Assembly (NCBI GenBank): GCA_964016885.1
Contig: CAXHJY010000105.1
Coordinates: forward strand, 558,001-622,000
Source: Eledone cirrhosa
Lineage: Eukaryota
Reading direction: 5' to 3'
DNA length: 64,000 bases
The position numbers were made by a program, and so were the translations under genes. The notes beneath the pieces were generated by a model. That model searched no databases. It was not told where the DNA came from and worked only from the letters and a program-made list of their open reading frames with translations. Each line of letters opens with the position of its first letter. Within the stretch, counting starts at the first letter, position 1. This document shows positions 47,500-63,180 of this stretch, piece by piece.

Positions 47500-49130
47500 T
47501 TGACCTAACATAAGGATACAGAACACTTGACCTAACATAAGGATACAGAACACTTGACCTAACATAAGGATACAGAACACTTGACCTAACATAAGGATAC
47601 AGAACACTTGACTTAACGTAAGGATACAGAACACTTGACCTAACGTAAGGATACAGAACACTTGACCTAACATAAGGATACAGAACACTTGACCTAACAT
47701 AAGGATACAGAACACTTGACTTAACGTAAGGATACAGAACACTTGACCTAACGTAAGGATACAGAACACTTGACCTAACATAAGGATACAGAACACTTGA
47801 CTTAACGTAAGGATACAGAACACTTGACCTAACATAAGGATACAGAACACTTGACCTAACATAAGGATACAGAACACTTGACCTAACATAAGGATACAGA
47901 ACACTTGACCTAACGTAAGGATACAGAACACTTGACCTAACATAAGGATACAGAACACTTGACTTAACGTAAGGATACAGAACACTTGACCTAACATAAG
48001 GATACAGAACACTTGACCTAACATAAGGATACAGAACACTTGACCTAACATAAGGATACAGAACACTTGACTTAACGTAAGGATACAGAACACTTGACCT
48101 AACATAAGGATACAGAACACTTGACCTAACATAAGGATACAGAACACTTGACTTAACGTAAGGATACAGAACACTTGACCTAACATAAGGATACAGAACA
48201 CTTGACCTAACATAAGGATACAGAACACTTGACTTAACGTAAGGATACAGAACACTTGACCTAACATAAGGATACAGAACACTTGACCTAACATAAGGAT
48301 ACAGAACACTTGACCTAACATAAGGATACAGAACACTTGACCTAACATAAGGATACAGAACACTTGACTTAACGTAAGGATACAGAACACTTGACCTAAC
48401 ATAAGGATACAGAACACTTGACCTAACATAAGGATACAGAACACTTGACTTAACGTAAGGATACAGAACACTTGACCTAACATAAGGATACAGAACACTT
48501 GACCTAACATAAGGATACAGAACACTTGACCTAACATAAGGATACAGAACACTTGACCTAACATAAGGATACAGAACACTTGACCTAACATAAGGATACA
48601 GAACACTTGACTTAACGTAAGGATACAGAACACTTGACCTAACATAAGGATACAGAACACTTGACCTAACATAAGGATACAGAACACTTGACTTAACGTA
48701 AGGATACAGAACACTTGACCTAACATAAGGATACAGAACACTTGACCTAACATAAGGATACAGAACACTTGACTTAACGTAAGGATACAGAACACTTGAC
48801 CTAACATAAGGATACAGAACACTTGACCTAACATAAGGATACAGAACACTTGACCTAACATAAGGATACAGAACACTTGACCTAACATAAGGATACAGAA
48901 CACTTGACTTAACGTAAGGATACAGAACACTTGACCTAACATAAGGATACAGAACACTTGACCTAACATAAGGATACAGAACACTTGACTTAACGTAAGG
49001 ATACAGAACACTTGACCTAACATAAGGATACAGAACACTTGACCTAACATAAGGATACAGAACACTTGACCTAACATAAGGATACAGAACACTTGACTTA
49101 ACGTAAGGATACAGAACACTTGACCTAACA
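47500..49130. repeat. Homogeneous sub-array of indel-free 27-mers: consensus plus GAC(T/C)TAACGTAAGG variants, often in 3-monomer (81 bp) steps
   Basis: Seen directly. It accounts for the 656-aa and 758-aa ORFs. Confidence 0.93.
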
Positions 49131-49669
49131 TAAGGATACAAAAGAATTGACCTAACATAAGGATACAGAACCCTTGACCTAACATAAGGATCCAGAACCC
49201 TTGACCTAACATAAGGATACAGAACCCTTGACCTAACATAAGGATACACAACACTTGACCTTACATAAGGATACAGAACACTTGACCTAACATAAGGATA
49301 CAGAACCCTTGACCTAACATAAGGATACAGAACACTTGACCTAACATAAGGATACAGAAGACTTGACCTAACATAAGGATACAGAACCCTTGACCTAACA
49401 TAAGGATACACAAGACTTGACCTAACATAAGGATACAGAACCCTTGACCTAACATAAGGATACAGAACCCTTGACCTAACATAAGGATACACAAGACTTG
49501 ACCTAACATAAGGATACAGAACCCTTGACCTAACATAAGGATACACAAGACTTGACCTAACATAAGGATACAGAACACTTGACCTAACATAAGGATACAC
49601 AAGACTTGACCTAACATAAGGATACAGAACCCTTGACCTAACATAAGGATACAGAACACTTGACCTAAC

Positions 49670-50470
49670 ATAAAGGATACAGAACCCTTGACCTAACATA
49701 AAGGATACAGAACCCTTGACCTAACATAAGGATACAGAACCCTTGACCTAACATAAGGATACAGAACACTTGACCTAACATAAAGGATACAGAACACTTG
49801 ACCTAACATAAAGGATACAGAACCCTTGACCTAACATAAAGGATACAGAACCCTTGACCTAACATAAGGATACAGAACCCTTGACCTAACATAAGGATAC
49901 AGAACACTTGACCTAACATAAAGGATACAGAACACTTGACCTAACATAAAGGATACAGAACCCTTGACCTAACATAAAGGATACAGAACCCTTGACCTAA
50001 CATAAGGATACAGAACCCTTGACCTAACATAAGGATACAGAACCCTTGACCTAACATAAGGATACAGAACCCTTGACCTAACATAAAGGATACAGAACCC
50101 TTGACCTAACATAAGGATACAGAACCCTTGACCTAACATAAAGGATACAGAACCCTTGACCTAACATAAGGATACAGAACCCTTGACCTAACATAAAGGA
50201 TACAGAACACTTGACCTAACATAAGGATACAGAACCCTTGACCTAACATAAGGATACAGAACACATGACCTAACAAGGATACAGATCGCTTGACCTAACA
50301 TAAGGATACAGAACCCTTGACCTAACATAAAGGATACAGAACCCTTGACCTAACATAAGGATACAGAACCCTTGACCTAACATAAAGGATACAGAACACT
50401 TGACCTAACATAAGATACAGAACCCTTGACCTAACATAAGGATACAGAACCCTTGACCTAACATAAAGGA
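49670..50470. repeat. Sub-array rich in 28-bp (ACATAAAGG) monomers, including a 5-monomer 138-bp unit
   Basis: Seen directly. It coincides with the ORF-track gap at 49700-50457. Confidence 0.85.
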
Positions 50471-53400
50471 TACAGAACCCTTGACCTAACAAGGATACAG
50501 AAGACTTGACCTAACATAAGGATACAGAACCCTTGACCTAACATAAGGATACAGAACCCTTGACCTAACATAAGGATACAGAACCCTTGATCTAACATAA
50601 GGATACAGAAGACTTGACCTAACATAACCATACAGAACACTTGACCTAACATAAGGATACAGAACACCTGACCTAACATAAGGATACAGATCACCTGACC
50701 TAACAAGGATACAGAACACTTGACCTAACATAGGGATACAGAACACTTGACCTAACATAAGGATACAGAACACTTGACCTAACATAAGGATACAGAACAC
50801 TTGACCTAACATAAGGATACAGAACACTTGACCTAACATAAGGATACAGAAACTTGACCTAACATAAGGATACAGAACACTTGACCTAATATAAGGATAC
50901 AGAACACTTGACCTAACATAAGGATAGGGAACACTTGACCTAACATAAGGATACAGAAACCTTGACCTAACATAAGGATACAGAACACTTGCCCTAACAT
51001 AAGGATACAGAACACGTGACCTAACATAAGGATACAGAACACTTGACCTAACATAAGGATACAGAACACTTGACCTAACATAAGGATACAGAACACCTGA
51101 CCTAACAAGGATACAGAACACTTGACCTAACATAAGGATACAGAACACTTGACCTAACATAAGGATACAGAACACTTGACCTAACATAAGGATACAGAAC
51201 CCTTGACCTAACGTAAGGATACAGAACACTTGACCTAACATAAGGATACAAAACACTTGACCTAACATAGGGATACAGAACCCTTGACCTAACATAGGGA
51301 TACAGAACACTTGACCTAACAAGGATACAGAACCCTTGACCTAACATAAGGATACAGAACCCTTGAGCTAACATAATGATACAGAACACTTGACCTAACA
51401 TAAGGATACAGTACCCTTGACCTAACGTAAGGATACAAAACACTTGACCTAACACAAGGATACAAAATACTTGACCTAACATAGGGATACAGAATCCTTG
51501 ACCTAACATAGGGATACAGAACACTTGACCTAACATAAGGATACAGAACCCTTGACCTAACATAAGGATACAGAAACTTGACCTAACATAAGGATACAGA
51601 ACACTTGACCTAATATAAGGATACAGAACATTTGACCTAACATAAGGATACAGAACACGTGACCTAACAAAGATACAGAACACTTGACCTGACATAAGAG
51701 ATACAGAACCCTTGACCTAACAAGGATACAGAACACTTGACCTAACATAAGGATACAGAACACTTGACCTAACATAAGGATACAGAACCCTTGACCTAAC
51801 ATAAGGATACAGAACACTTGACCTAACATAAGGATACAGAACACGTGACCTAACTTAAGGGTACAGAACACTTGACCTAAATATAAGGATACAGAACCCT
51901 TGACCTGACATAAGGATACAGAACCCTTGACCTAACAAGGATACAGAACACTTGAACTAACATAAGGATACAGAACCCTTGACCTAACATAAGGATACAG
52001 AACACTTGACCTAACATAAGGATACAGAACTCTTGACCTAACAGGGATACAGAACACTTGACCCAACATAAGGATACAGAACACTTGACCTAACATAAGG
52101 ATACAGAACAATTGACCTAAATATAAGGATACAGAACACTTGACCCAACATAAAGATAGAGAACAGTTGACCTAACATAAGGATGCAGAACACTTGACCT
52201 AACATAAGGATACAGAACACTTGACCTAACATAAGGATACAGAACACTTGACCTAACATAAGGATACAGAACACTTGACCTAACATAAGGATACAGAACA
52301 CCTGACCTAACATAAGGATACAGAACACCTGACCTGACATAAGGATACAGAACACTTGACTTAACGTAAGGATACAGAACACTTGACCTAACGTAAGGAT
52401 ACAGAACACTTGACCTAACATAAGGATACAAAAGAATTGACCTAACATAAGGATACAGAACACTTGACCTAACATAAGGATACATAACACCTGACCTAAC
52501 AAGGATACAGAACACTTGACCTAACATAAGGATACAGAACCCATGACCTAACATAAGGATACAGAACACTTGACCTAACATAAGGATACAGAACACTTGA
52601 CCTAACATAAGGATACAGAACACTTGACCTAACATAAGGATACAGAACACTTGACCTAACATAAGGATACAGAACCCTTGACCTAACGTAAGGATACAAA
52701 ACACTTGACCTAACATAAGGATACAAAACACTTGACCTAACATAGGGATACAGAACCCTTGACCTAACATAGGGATACAGAACACTTGACCTAACATAAG
52801 GATACAGAACCCTTGACCTAACATAAGGATACAGAACCCTTGACCTAACATAATGATACAGAACACTTGACCTAACATAAGGATCAAATCACTTGACCTA
52901 ACATAAAGGATACAGAACCCTTGACCTAACATAAGGATACAGAACCCTTGACCTAACATAAGGATACAGAACACTTGACCTAACATAAAGGATACAGAAG
53001 ACTTGACCTAACATAAGGATACAGAACCCTTGACCTAACATAAGGATACAGAACCCTTGACCTAACATAAGGATACAGAACCCTTGATCTAACATAAGGA
53101 TACAGAAGACTTGACCTAACATAACCATACAGAACACTTGACCTAACATAAGGATACAGAACACCTGACCTAACATAAGGATACAGAGCACCTGACCTAA
53201 CAAGGATACAGAACACTTGACCTAACATAGGGATACAGAACACTTGACCTAACATAAGGATACAGAACCCTTGACCTAAAATAAGGATACAGAACACCTG
53301 ACCTAACAAGGATACAGAACACTTGACTTAACATAAGGATACAGAACACCTGACCTAACATAAAGATATAGAACCCTTGACCTAACATAAGGATACAGAA

Positions 53401-55679
53401 CACTTGACCTAATGTAAGGATACAGAACACCTGACCTAACATAAGGATACAGAACACTTGACCTAACATAAGCATACAGAACCCTTGACCTAACATAAGG
53501 ATACAGAACCCTTGATCTAACATGAGGATACAGAAAATTTGACCTAACATAACCATACAAAACACTTGACCTAACATAGGGATACAGAACCCTTGACCTA
53601 ACATAAGGATACAGAACCCTTGACCTAACATAAGGATACACAACACTTGACCTTACATAAGGATACAGAACACTTGACCTAACATAAGGATACAGAACAC
53701 CTGACCTAACCTAAGGATACAGAAGACTTGACCTAACATAAGGATACAGAAGACTTGACCTAACATAAGGATACAGAAGACTTGACCTAACATAAGGATA
53801 CAGAACCCTTGACCTAACATAAGGATACAGAACACTTGACCTAACATAAAGGATACAGAACCCTTGACCTAACATAAGGATACAGAACCCTTGACCTAAC
53901 ATAAAGGATACAGAAGACTTGACCTAACATAAGCATACAGAACCCTTGACCTAACATAAGGATACAGAACACTTGACCTAACATAAGATACAGAACCCTT
54001 GACCTAACATAAGGATACAGAACCCTTGACCTAACATAAGGGATACAGAACCCTTGACCTAACAAGGATACAGAAGACTTGACCTAACATAAGGATACAG
54101 AACCCTTGACCTAACATAAGGATACAGAACCCTTGACCTAACATAAGGATACAGAACCCTTGACCTAACATAAGGATACAGAACCCTTGACCTAACATAA
54201 GGATACAGAACCCTTGACCTAACATAAGGATACATAACCCTTGATCTAACATAAGGATACAGAAGACTTGACCTAACATAACCATACAGAACACTTGACC
54301 TAACATAAGGATACAGAACACCTGACCTAACATAAGGATACAGAACAGTTGACCTAACATAAGGATACAGAACCCTTGACCTAACATAAAGGATACAGAA
54401 AGCTTGACCTAACAAGGATACAGAAGACTTGACCTAACATAAGGATACAGAACCCTTGACCTAACATAAGGATACAGAACCCTTGACCTAACATAAGGAT
54501 CCAAAACCCTTGACCTAACATAAGGATACAGAACCCTTGACCTAACATAAGGATACACAACACTTGACCTTACATAAGGATACAGAACACTTGACCTAAC
54601 ATAAGGATACAGAACCCTTGACCTAACATAAGGATACAGAAGACTTGACCTAACATAAGGATACAGAACCCTTGACCTAACATAAGGATACAGAACACTT
54701 GACCTAACAAAGGATACAGAACCCTTGACCTAACATAAGGATACAGAACCCTTGACCTAACATAAAGGATACAGAAGACTTGACCTAACATAAGCATACA
54801 GAACCCTTGACCTAACATAAGGATACAGAACACTTGACCTAACATAAGGATACAGAACATTTGACCTAACATAAGGATACAGAACCCTTGACCTAACATA
54901 AAGGATACAGAACCCTTGACCTAACAAGGATACAGAAGACTTGACCTAACATAAGGATACAGAACCCTTGACCTAACATAAGGATACAGAACCCTTGACC
55001 TAACATAAGGATACAGAACCCTTGATCTAACATAAGGATACAGAAGACTTGACCTAACATAACCATACAGAACACTTGACCTAACAAGGATACAGAACAC
55101 CTGACCTAACATAAGGATACAGATCACCTGACCTAACAAGGATACAGAACACTTGACCTAACATAGGGATACAGAACACTTGACCTAACATAAGGATACA
55201 GAACACTTGACCTAACATAAGGATACAGAACACTTGACCTAACATAAGGATACAGAAACTTGACCTAACATAAGGATACAGAACACTTGACCTAATATAA
55301 GGATACAGAACACTTGACCTAAATATAATGATACAGAACACTTGACCTGACATAAGGATACAGAACCTTGACCTAACAAGGATACAGAACACTTGACCTA
55401 ACATAAGGATACAGAACCCTTGACCTAAATATAAGGATACAGAACACTTGACCTGACATAAGGATACAGAACAGTTGACCTAACATAAGGATGCAGAACA
55501 CTTGACCTAACATAAGGATACAGAACACTTGACCTAAATATAAGGATACAGAACACTTGACCTAACATAAGGATACAGAACACTTGACCTAACATAAGGA
55601 TACAGAACCCTTGACCTAACATAAGGATACAGAACCCTTGACCTAACATAAGGATACAGAACACTTGACCTAACATAAG

Positions 55680-58600
55680 GATACAGAACACTTGACCTAA
55701 CATCAGGATACAGAACACTTGACCTAAATATAAGGATACAGAACACTTGACCGAACATAAGGATACAGAACAGTTGACCTAACATAAGGATGCAGAACAC
55801 TTGACCTAACATAAGGATACAGAACACATGACCTAACATAAGGATACAGAACACTTCACCTAACATAAGGATACAGAACACTTGACCTAACATAAGGATA
55901 CAGAAGACATGACCTGACATAAGGATACAGAACACTTGACCTAACATAAGGATACAGAACACTTGACCTGACATAAGGATACAGAACACTTGACCTAAAT
56001 ATAAGGATACAGAACACTTGACCCAACATAAGGATACAGAACAGTTGACCTAACATAAGGATGCAGAACACTTGACCTAACATAAGGATACAGAACACTT
56101 GACCTAACATAAGGATACAGAACACTTGACTTAACGTAAGGATACAGAACACTTGACCTAACATAAGGATACAGAACACTTGACCTAACATAAGGATACA
56201 GAACACTTGACCTAACATAAGGATACAGAACACTTGACCTAACATAAGGATACAGAACACTTGACCTAACATAAGGATACAGAACACTTGACTTAACGTA
56301 AGGATACAGAACACTTGACCTAACATAAGGATACAGAACACTTGACCTAACATAAGGATACAGAACACTTGACCTAACATAAGGATACAGAACACTTGAC
56401 CTAACATAAGGATACAGAACACTTGACCTAACATAAGGATACAGAACACTTGACTTAACGTAAGGATACAGAACACTTGACCTAACGTAAGGATACAGAA
56501 CACTTGACCTAACATAAGGATACAAAAGAATTGACCTAACATAAGGATACAGAACCCTTGACCTAACATAAGGATACAGAACCCTTGACCTAACATAAGG
56601 ATACACAACACTTGACCTTACATAAGGATACAGAACACTTGACCTAACATAAGGATACAGAACCCTTGACCTAACATAAGGATACACAAGACTTGACCTA
56701 ACATAAGGATACAGAACCCTTGACCTAACATAAGGATACAGAACACTTGACCTAACATAAAGGATACAGAACCCTTGACCTAACATAAAGGATACAGAAC
56801 CCTTGACCTAACATAAGGATACAGAACCCTTGACCTAACATAAGGATACAGAACACTTGACCTAACATAAAGGATACAGAACACTTGACCTAACATAAAG
56901 GATACAGAACCCTTGACCTAACATAAAGGATACAGAACCCTTGACCTAACATAAGGATACAGAACCCTTGACCTAACATAAGGATACAGAACACTTGACC
57001 TAACATAAAGGATACAGAACACTTGACCTAACATAAAGGATACAGAACCCTTGACCTAACATAAAGGATACAGAACCCTTGACCTAACATAAGGATACAG
57101 AACCCTTGACCTAACATAAGGATACAGAACACTTGACCTAACATAAAGGATACAGAACACTTGACCTAACATAAAGGATACAGAACCCTTGACCTAACAT
57201 AAAGGATACAGAACCCTTGACCTAACATAAGGATACAGAACCCTTGACCTAACATAAGGATACAGAACCCTTGACCTAACATAAGGATACAGAACCCTTG
57301 ACCTAACATAAAGGATACAGAACCCTTGACCTAACATAAGGATACAGAACCCTTGACCTAACATAAAGGATACAGAACCCTTGACCTAACATAAGGATAC
57401 AGAACCCTTGACCTAACATAAGGATACAGAACACATGACCTAACAAGGATACAGATCGCTTGACCTAACATAAGGATACAGAACCCTTGACCTAACATAA
57501 AGGATACAGAACCCTTGACCTAACATAAGGATACAGAACCCTTGACCTAACATAAAGGATACAGAACACTTGACCTAACATAAGATACAGAACCCTTGAC
57601 CTAACATAAGGATACAGAACCCTTGACCTAACATAAAGGATACAGAACCCTTGACCTAACAAGGATACAGAAGACTTGACCTAACATAAGGATACAGAAC
57701 CCTTGACCTAACATAAGGATACAGAACCCTTGACCTAACATAAGGATACAGAACCCTTGATCTAACATAAGGATACAGAAGACTTGACCTAACATAACCA
57801 TACAGAACACTTGACCTAACATAAGGATACAGAACACCTGACCTAACATAAGGATACAGATCACCTGACCTAACAAGGATACAGAACACTTGACCTAACA
57901 TAGGGATACAGAACACTTGACCTAACATAAGGATACAGAACACTTGACCTAACATAAGGATACAGAACACTTGACCTAACATAAGGATACAGAACACTTG
58001 ACCTAACATAAGGATACAGAAACTTGACCTAACATAAGGATACAGAACACTTGACCTAATATAAGGATACAGAACACTTGACCTAACATAAGGATAGGGA
58101 ACACTTGACCTAACATAAGGATACAGAAACCTTGACCTAACATAAGGATACAGAACACTTGCCCTAACATAAGGATACAGAACACGTGACCTAACATAAG
58201 GATACAGAACACTTGACCTAACATAAGGATACAGAACACTTGACCTAACATAAGGATACAGAACACCTGACCTAACAAGGATACAGAACACTTGACCTAA
58301 CATAAGGATACAGAACACTTGACCTAACATAAGGATACAGAACACTTGACCTAACATAAGGATACAGAACCCTTGACCTAACGTAAGGATACAGAACACT
58401 TGACCTAACATAAGGATACAAAACACTTGACCTAACATAGGGATACAGAACCCTTGACCTAACATAGGGATACAGAACACTTGACCTAACAAGGATACAG
58501 AACCCTTGACCTAACATAAGGATACAGAACCCTTGAGCTAACATAATGATACAGAACACTTGACCTAACATAAGGATACAGTACCCTTGACCTAACGTAA

Positions 58601-61600
58601 GGATACAAAACACTTGACCTAACACAAGGATACAAAATACTTGACCTAACATAGGGATACAGAATCCTTGACCTAACATAGGGATACAGAACACTTGACC
58701 TAACATAAGGATACAGAACCCTTGACCTAACATAAGGATACAGAAACTTGACCTAACATAAGGATACAGAACACTTGACCTAATATAAGGATACAGAACA
58801 TTTGACCTAACATAAGGATACAGAACACGTGACCTAACAAAGATACAGAACACTTGACCTGACATAAGAGATACAGAACCCTTGACCTAACAAGGATACA
58901 GAACACTTGACCTAACATAAGGATACAGAACACTTGACCTAACATAAGGATACAGAACCCTTGACCTAACATAAGGATACAGAACACTTGACCTAACATA
59001 AGGATACAGAACACGTGACCTAACTTAAGGGTACAGAACACTTGACCTAAATATAAGGATACAGAACCCTTGACCTGACATAAGGATACAGAACCCTTGA
59101 CCTAACAAGGATACAGAACACTTGAACTAACATAAGGATACAGAACCCTTGACCTAACATAAGGATACAGAACACTTGACCTAACATAAGGATACAGAAC
59201 TCTTGACCTAACAGGGATACAGAACACTTGACCCAACATAAGGATACAGAACACTTGACCTAACATAAGGATACAGAACAATTGACCTAAATATAAGGAT
59301 ACAGAACACTTGACCCAACATAAAGATAGAGAACAGTTGACCTAACATAAGGATGCAGAACACTTGACCTAACATAAGGATACAGAACACTTGACCTAAC
59401 ATAAGGATACAGAACACTTGACCTAACATAAGGATACAGAACACTTGACCTAACATAAGGATACAGAACACCTGACCTAACATAAGGATACAGAACACCT
59501 GACCTGACATAAGGATACAGAACACTTGACTTAACGTAAGGATACAGAACACTTGACCTAACGTAAGGATACAGAACACTTGACCTAACATAAGGATACA
59601 AAAGAATTGACCTAACATAAGGATACAGAACCCTTGACCTGACATAAGGATACAGAACACTTGACCTAACATAAGGATACAGAACACTTGACCTAACATA
59701 AGGATACATAACACCTGACCTAACAAGGATACAGAACACTTGACCTAACATAAGGATACAGAACCCATGACCTAACATAAGGATACAGAACACCTGACCT
59801 CACATTAGGATACAGAACACTTGACCTAACATAAGGATACAGAACACTTGACCTAACATAAGGATACAGAACACTTGACCTAACATAAGGATACAGAACC
59901 CTTGACCTAACGTAAGGATACAAAACACTTGACCTAACATAAGGATACAGAACACTTGACCTAACATAGGGATACAGAACCCTTGACCTAACATAGGGAT
60001 ACAGAACACTTGACCTAACATAAGGATACAGAACCCTTGACCTAACATAAGGATACAGAACCCTTGACCTAACATAATGATACAGAACACTTGACCTAAC
60101 ATAAGGATCAAATCACTTGACCTAACATAAAGGATACAGAACCCTTGACCTAACATAAGGATACAGAACCCTTGACCTAACATAAGGATACAGAACACTT
60201 GACCTAACATAAAGGATACAGAAGACTTGACCTAACATAAGGATACAGAACCCTTGACCTAACATAAGGATACAGAACCCTTGACCTAACATAAGGATAC
60301 AGAACCCTTGATCTAACATAAGGATACAGAAGACTTGACCTAACATAACCATACAGAACACTTGACCTAACATAAGGATACAGAACACCTGACCTAACAT
60401 AAGGATACAGAGCACCTGACCTAACAAGGATACAGAACACTTGACCTAACATAGGGATACAGAACACTTGACCTAACATAAGGATACAGAACCCTTGACC
60501 TAAAATAAGGATACAGAACACCTGACCTAACAAGGATACAGAACACTTGACTTAACATAAGGATACAGAACACCTGACCTAACATAAGCATACAGAACCC
60601 TTGACCTAACATAAAGATATAGAACCCTTGACCTAACATAAGGATACAGAACACTTGACCTAATGTAAGGATACAGAACACCTGACCTAACATAAGGATA
60701 CAGAACACTTGACCTAACATAAGCATACAGAACCCTTGACCTAACATGAGGATACAGAAAATTTGACCTAACATAACCATACAAAACACTTGACCTAACA
60801 TAGGGATACAGAACCCTTGACCTAACATAAGGATACAGAACCCTTGACCTAACATAAGGATACACAACACTTGACCTTACATAAGGATACAGAACACTTG
60901 ACCTAACATAAGGATACAGAACACCTGACCTAACCTAAGGATACAGAAGACTTGACCTAACATAAGGATACAGAAGACTTGACCTAACATAAGGATACAG
61001 AAGACTTGACCTAACATAAGGATACAGAACCCTTGACCTAACATAAGGATACAGAACACTTGACCTAACATAAAGGATACAGAACCCTTGACCTAACATA
61101 AGGATACAGAACCCTTGACCTAACATAAAGGATACAGAAGACTTGACCTAACATAAGCATACAGAACCCTTGACCTAACATAAGGATACAGAACACTTGA
61201 CCTAACATAAAGGATACAGAAGACTTGACCTAACATAAGCATACAGAACCCTTGACCTAACATAAGGATACAGAACACTTGACCTAACATAAGATACAGA
61301 ACCCTTGACCTAACATAAGGATACAGAACCCTTGACCTAACATAAGGGATACAGAACCCTTGACCTAACAAGGATACAGAAGACTTGACCTAACATAAGG
61401 ATACAGAACCCTTGACCTAACATAAGGATACAGAACCCTTGACCTAACATAAGGATACATAACCCTTGACCTAACATAAGGATACAGAACCCTTGACCTA
61501 ACATAAGGATACAGAACCCTTGACCTAACATAAGGATACAGAACCCTTGACCTAACATAAGGATACAGAACCCTTGACCTAACATAAGGATACATAACCC

Positions 61601-63180
61601 TTGATCTAACATAAGGATACAGAAGACTTGACCTAACATAAGGATACAGAACCCTTGACCTAACATAAGGATACATAACCCTTGACCTAACGTAAGGATA
61701 CAGAACACTTGACCTAACATAAGGATACAGAACACCTGACCTAACATAAGGATACAGATCACCTGACCTAACAAGGATACAGAACACTTGACCTAACATA
61801 GGGATACAGAACCCTTGACCTAACATAAAGGATACAGAAAGCTTGACCTAACAAGGATACAGAAGACTTGACCTAACATAAGGATACAGAACCCTTGACC
61901 TAACATAAGGATACAGAACCCTTGACCTAACATAAGGATCCAAAACCCTTGACCTAACATAAGGATACAGAACCCTTGACCTAACATAAGGATACACAAC
62001 ACTTGACCTTACATAAGGATACAGAACACTTGACCTAACATAAGGATACAGAACCCTTGACCTAACATAAGGATACAGAAGACTTGACCTAACATAAGGA
62101 TACAGAACCCTTGACCTAACATAAGGATACAGAACACTTGACCTAACAAAGGATACAGAACCCTTGACCTAACATAAGGATACAGAACCCTTGACCTAAC
62201 ATAAAGGATACAGAAGACTTGACCTAACATAAGCATACAGAACCCTTGACCTAACATAAGGATACAGAACACTTGACCTAACATAAGATACAGAACCCTT
62301 GACCTAACATAAGGATACAGAACCCTTGACCTAACATAAAGGATACAGAACCCTTGACCTAACAAGGATACAGAAGACTTGACCTAACATAAGGATACAG
62401 AACCCTTGACCTAACATAAGGATACAGAACCCTTGACCTAACATAAGGATACAGAACCCTTGATCTAACATAAGGATACAGAAGACTTGACCTAACATAA
62501 CCATACAGAACACTTGACCTAACAAGGATACAGAACACCTGACCTAACATAAGGATACAGATCACCTGACCTAACAAGGATACAGAACACTTGACCTAAC
62601 ATAGGGATACAGAACACTTGACCTAACATAAGGATACAGAACACTTGACCTAACATAAGGATACAGAACACTTGACCTAACATAAGGATACAGAAACTTG
62701 ACCTAACATAAGGATACAGAACACTTGACCTAATATAAGGATACAGAACACTTGACCTAAATATAATGATACAGAACACTTGACCTGACATAAGGATACA
62801 GAACCTTGACCTAACAAGGATACAGAACACTTGACCTAACATAAGGATACAGAACCCTTGACCTAAATATAAGGATACAGAACACTTGACCTGACATAAG
62901 GATACAGAACAGTTGACCTAACATAAGGATGCAGAACACTTGACCTAACATAAGGATACAGAACACTTGACCTAAATATAAGGATACAGAACACTTGACC
63001 TAACATAAGGATACAGAACACTTGACCTAACATAAGGATACAGAACCCTTGACCTAACATAAGGATACAGAACCCTTGACCTAACATAAGGATAGAGAAC
63101 ACTTGACCTAACATAAGGATAGAGAACACTTGACCTAACATAAGGATACAGAACATTTGACCTAACATAAGGATACAGAA
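55680..63180. repeat. Domain D higher-order unit, copy 2 (~7.5 kb)
   Basis: Carries the same order of rare variants as copy 1: CATCAGG, GACCGAAC, GATCGCTTG, GATCAAATCAC, GAGCACCTG and GATCCAAAAC. Confidence 0.9.
56755..57640. repeat. Paralogous 28-bp-rich sub-array with more copies of the 138-bp unit
   Basis: Seen directly. It coincides with the ORF-track gap at 56787-57627. Confidence 0.85.

Larger units (their letters stand above)
47100..55680. repeat. Domain D higher-order unit, copy 1 (~8.6 kb)
   Basis: Collinear with 55680-63180. ORF offsets are 8572 (47284/55856), 7170 (50458-52038 vs 57628-59208), 7224 (52898/60122) and 7438 (55081/62519). Confidence 0.9.

Noticed and set aside
47284-49699. 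656-aa and 758-aa ORFs as repeat proteins (TALE-like variable-residue code)
   Set aside because: Their length reflects an indel-free expanded tract. Both frames are equally open, the paralogous ORFs are only 251 and 263 aa, and there are no non-repeat domains.
40-59020. CACGTG E-box and TATAA-like motifs in variant monomers as promoters
   Set aside because: They are one- or two-base variants of the monomer with no downstream gene.
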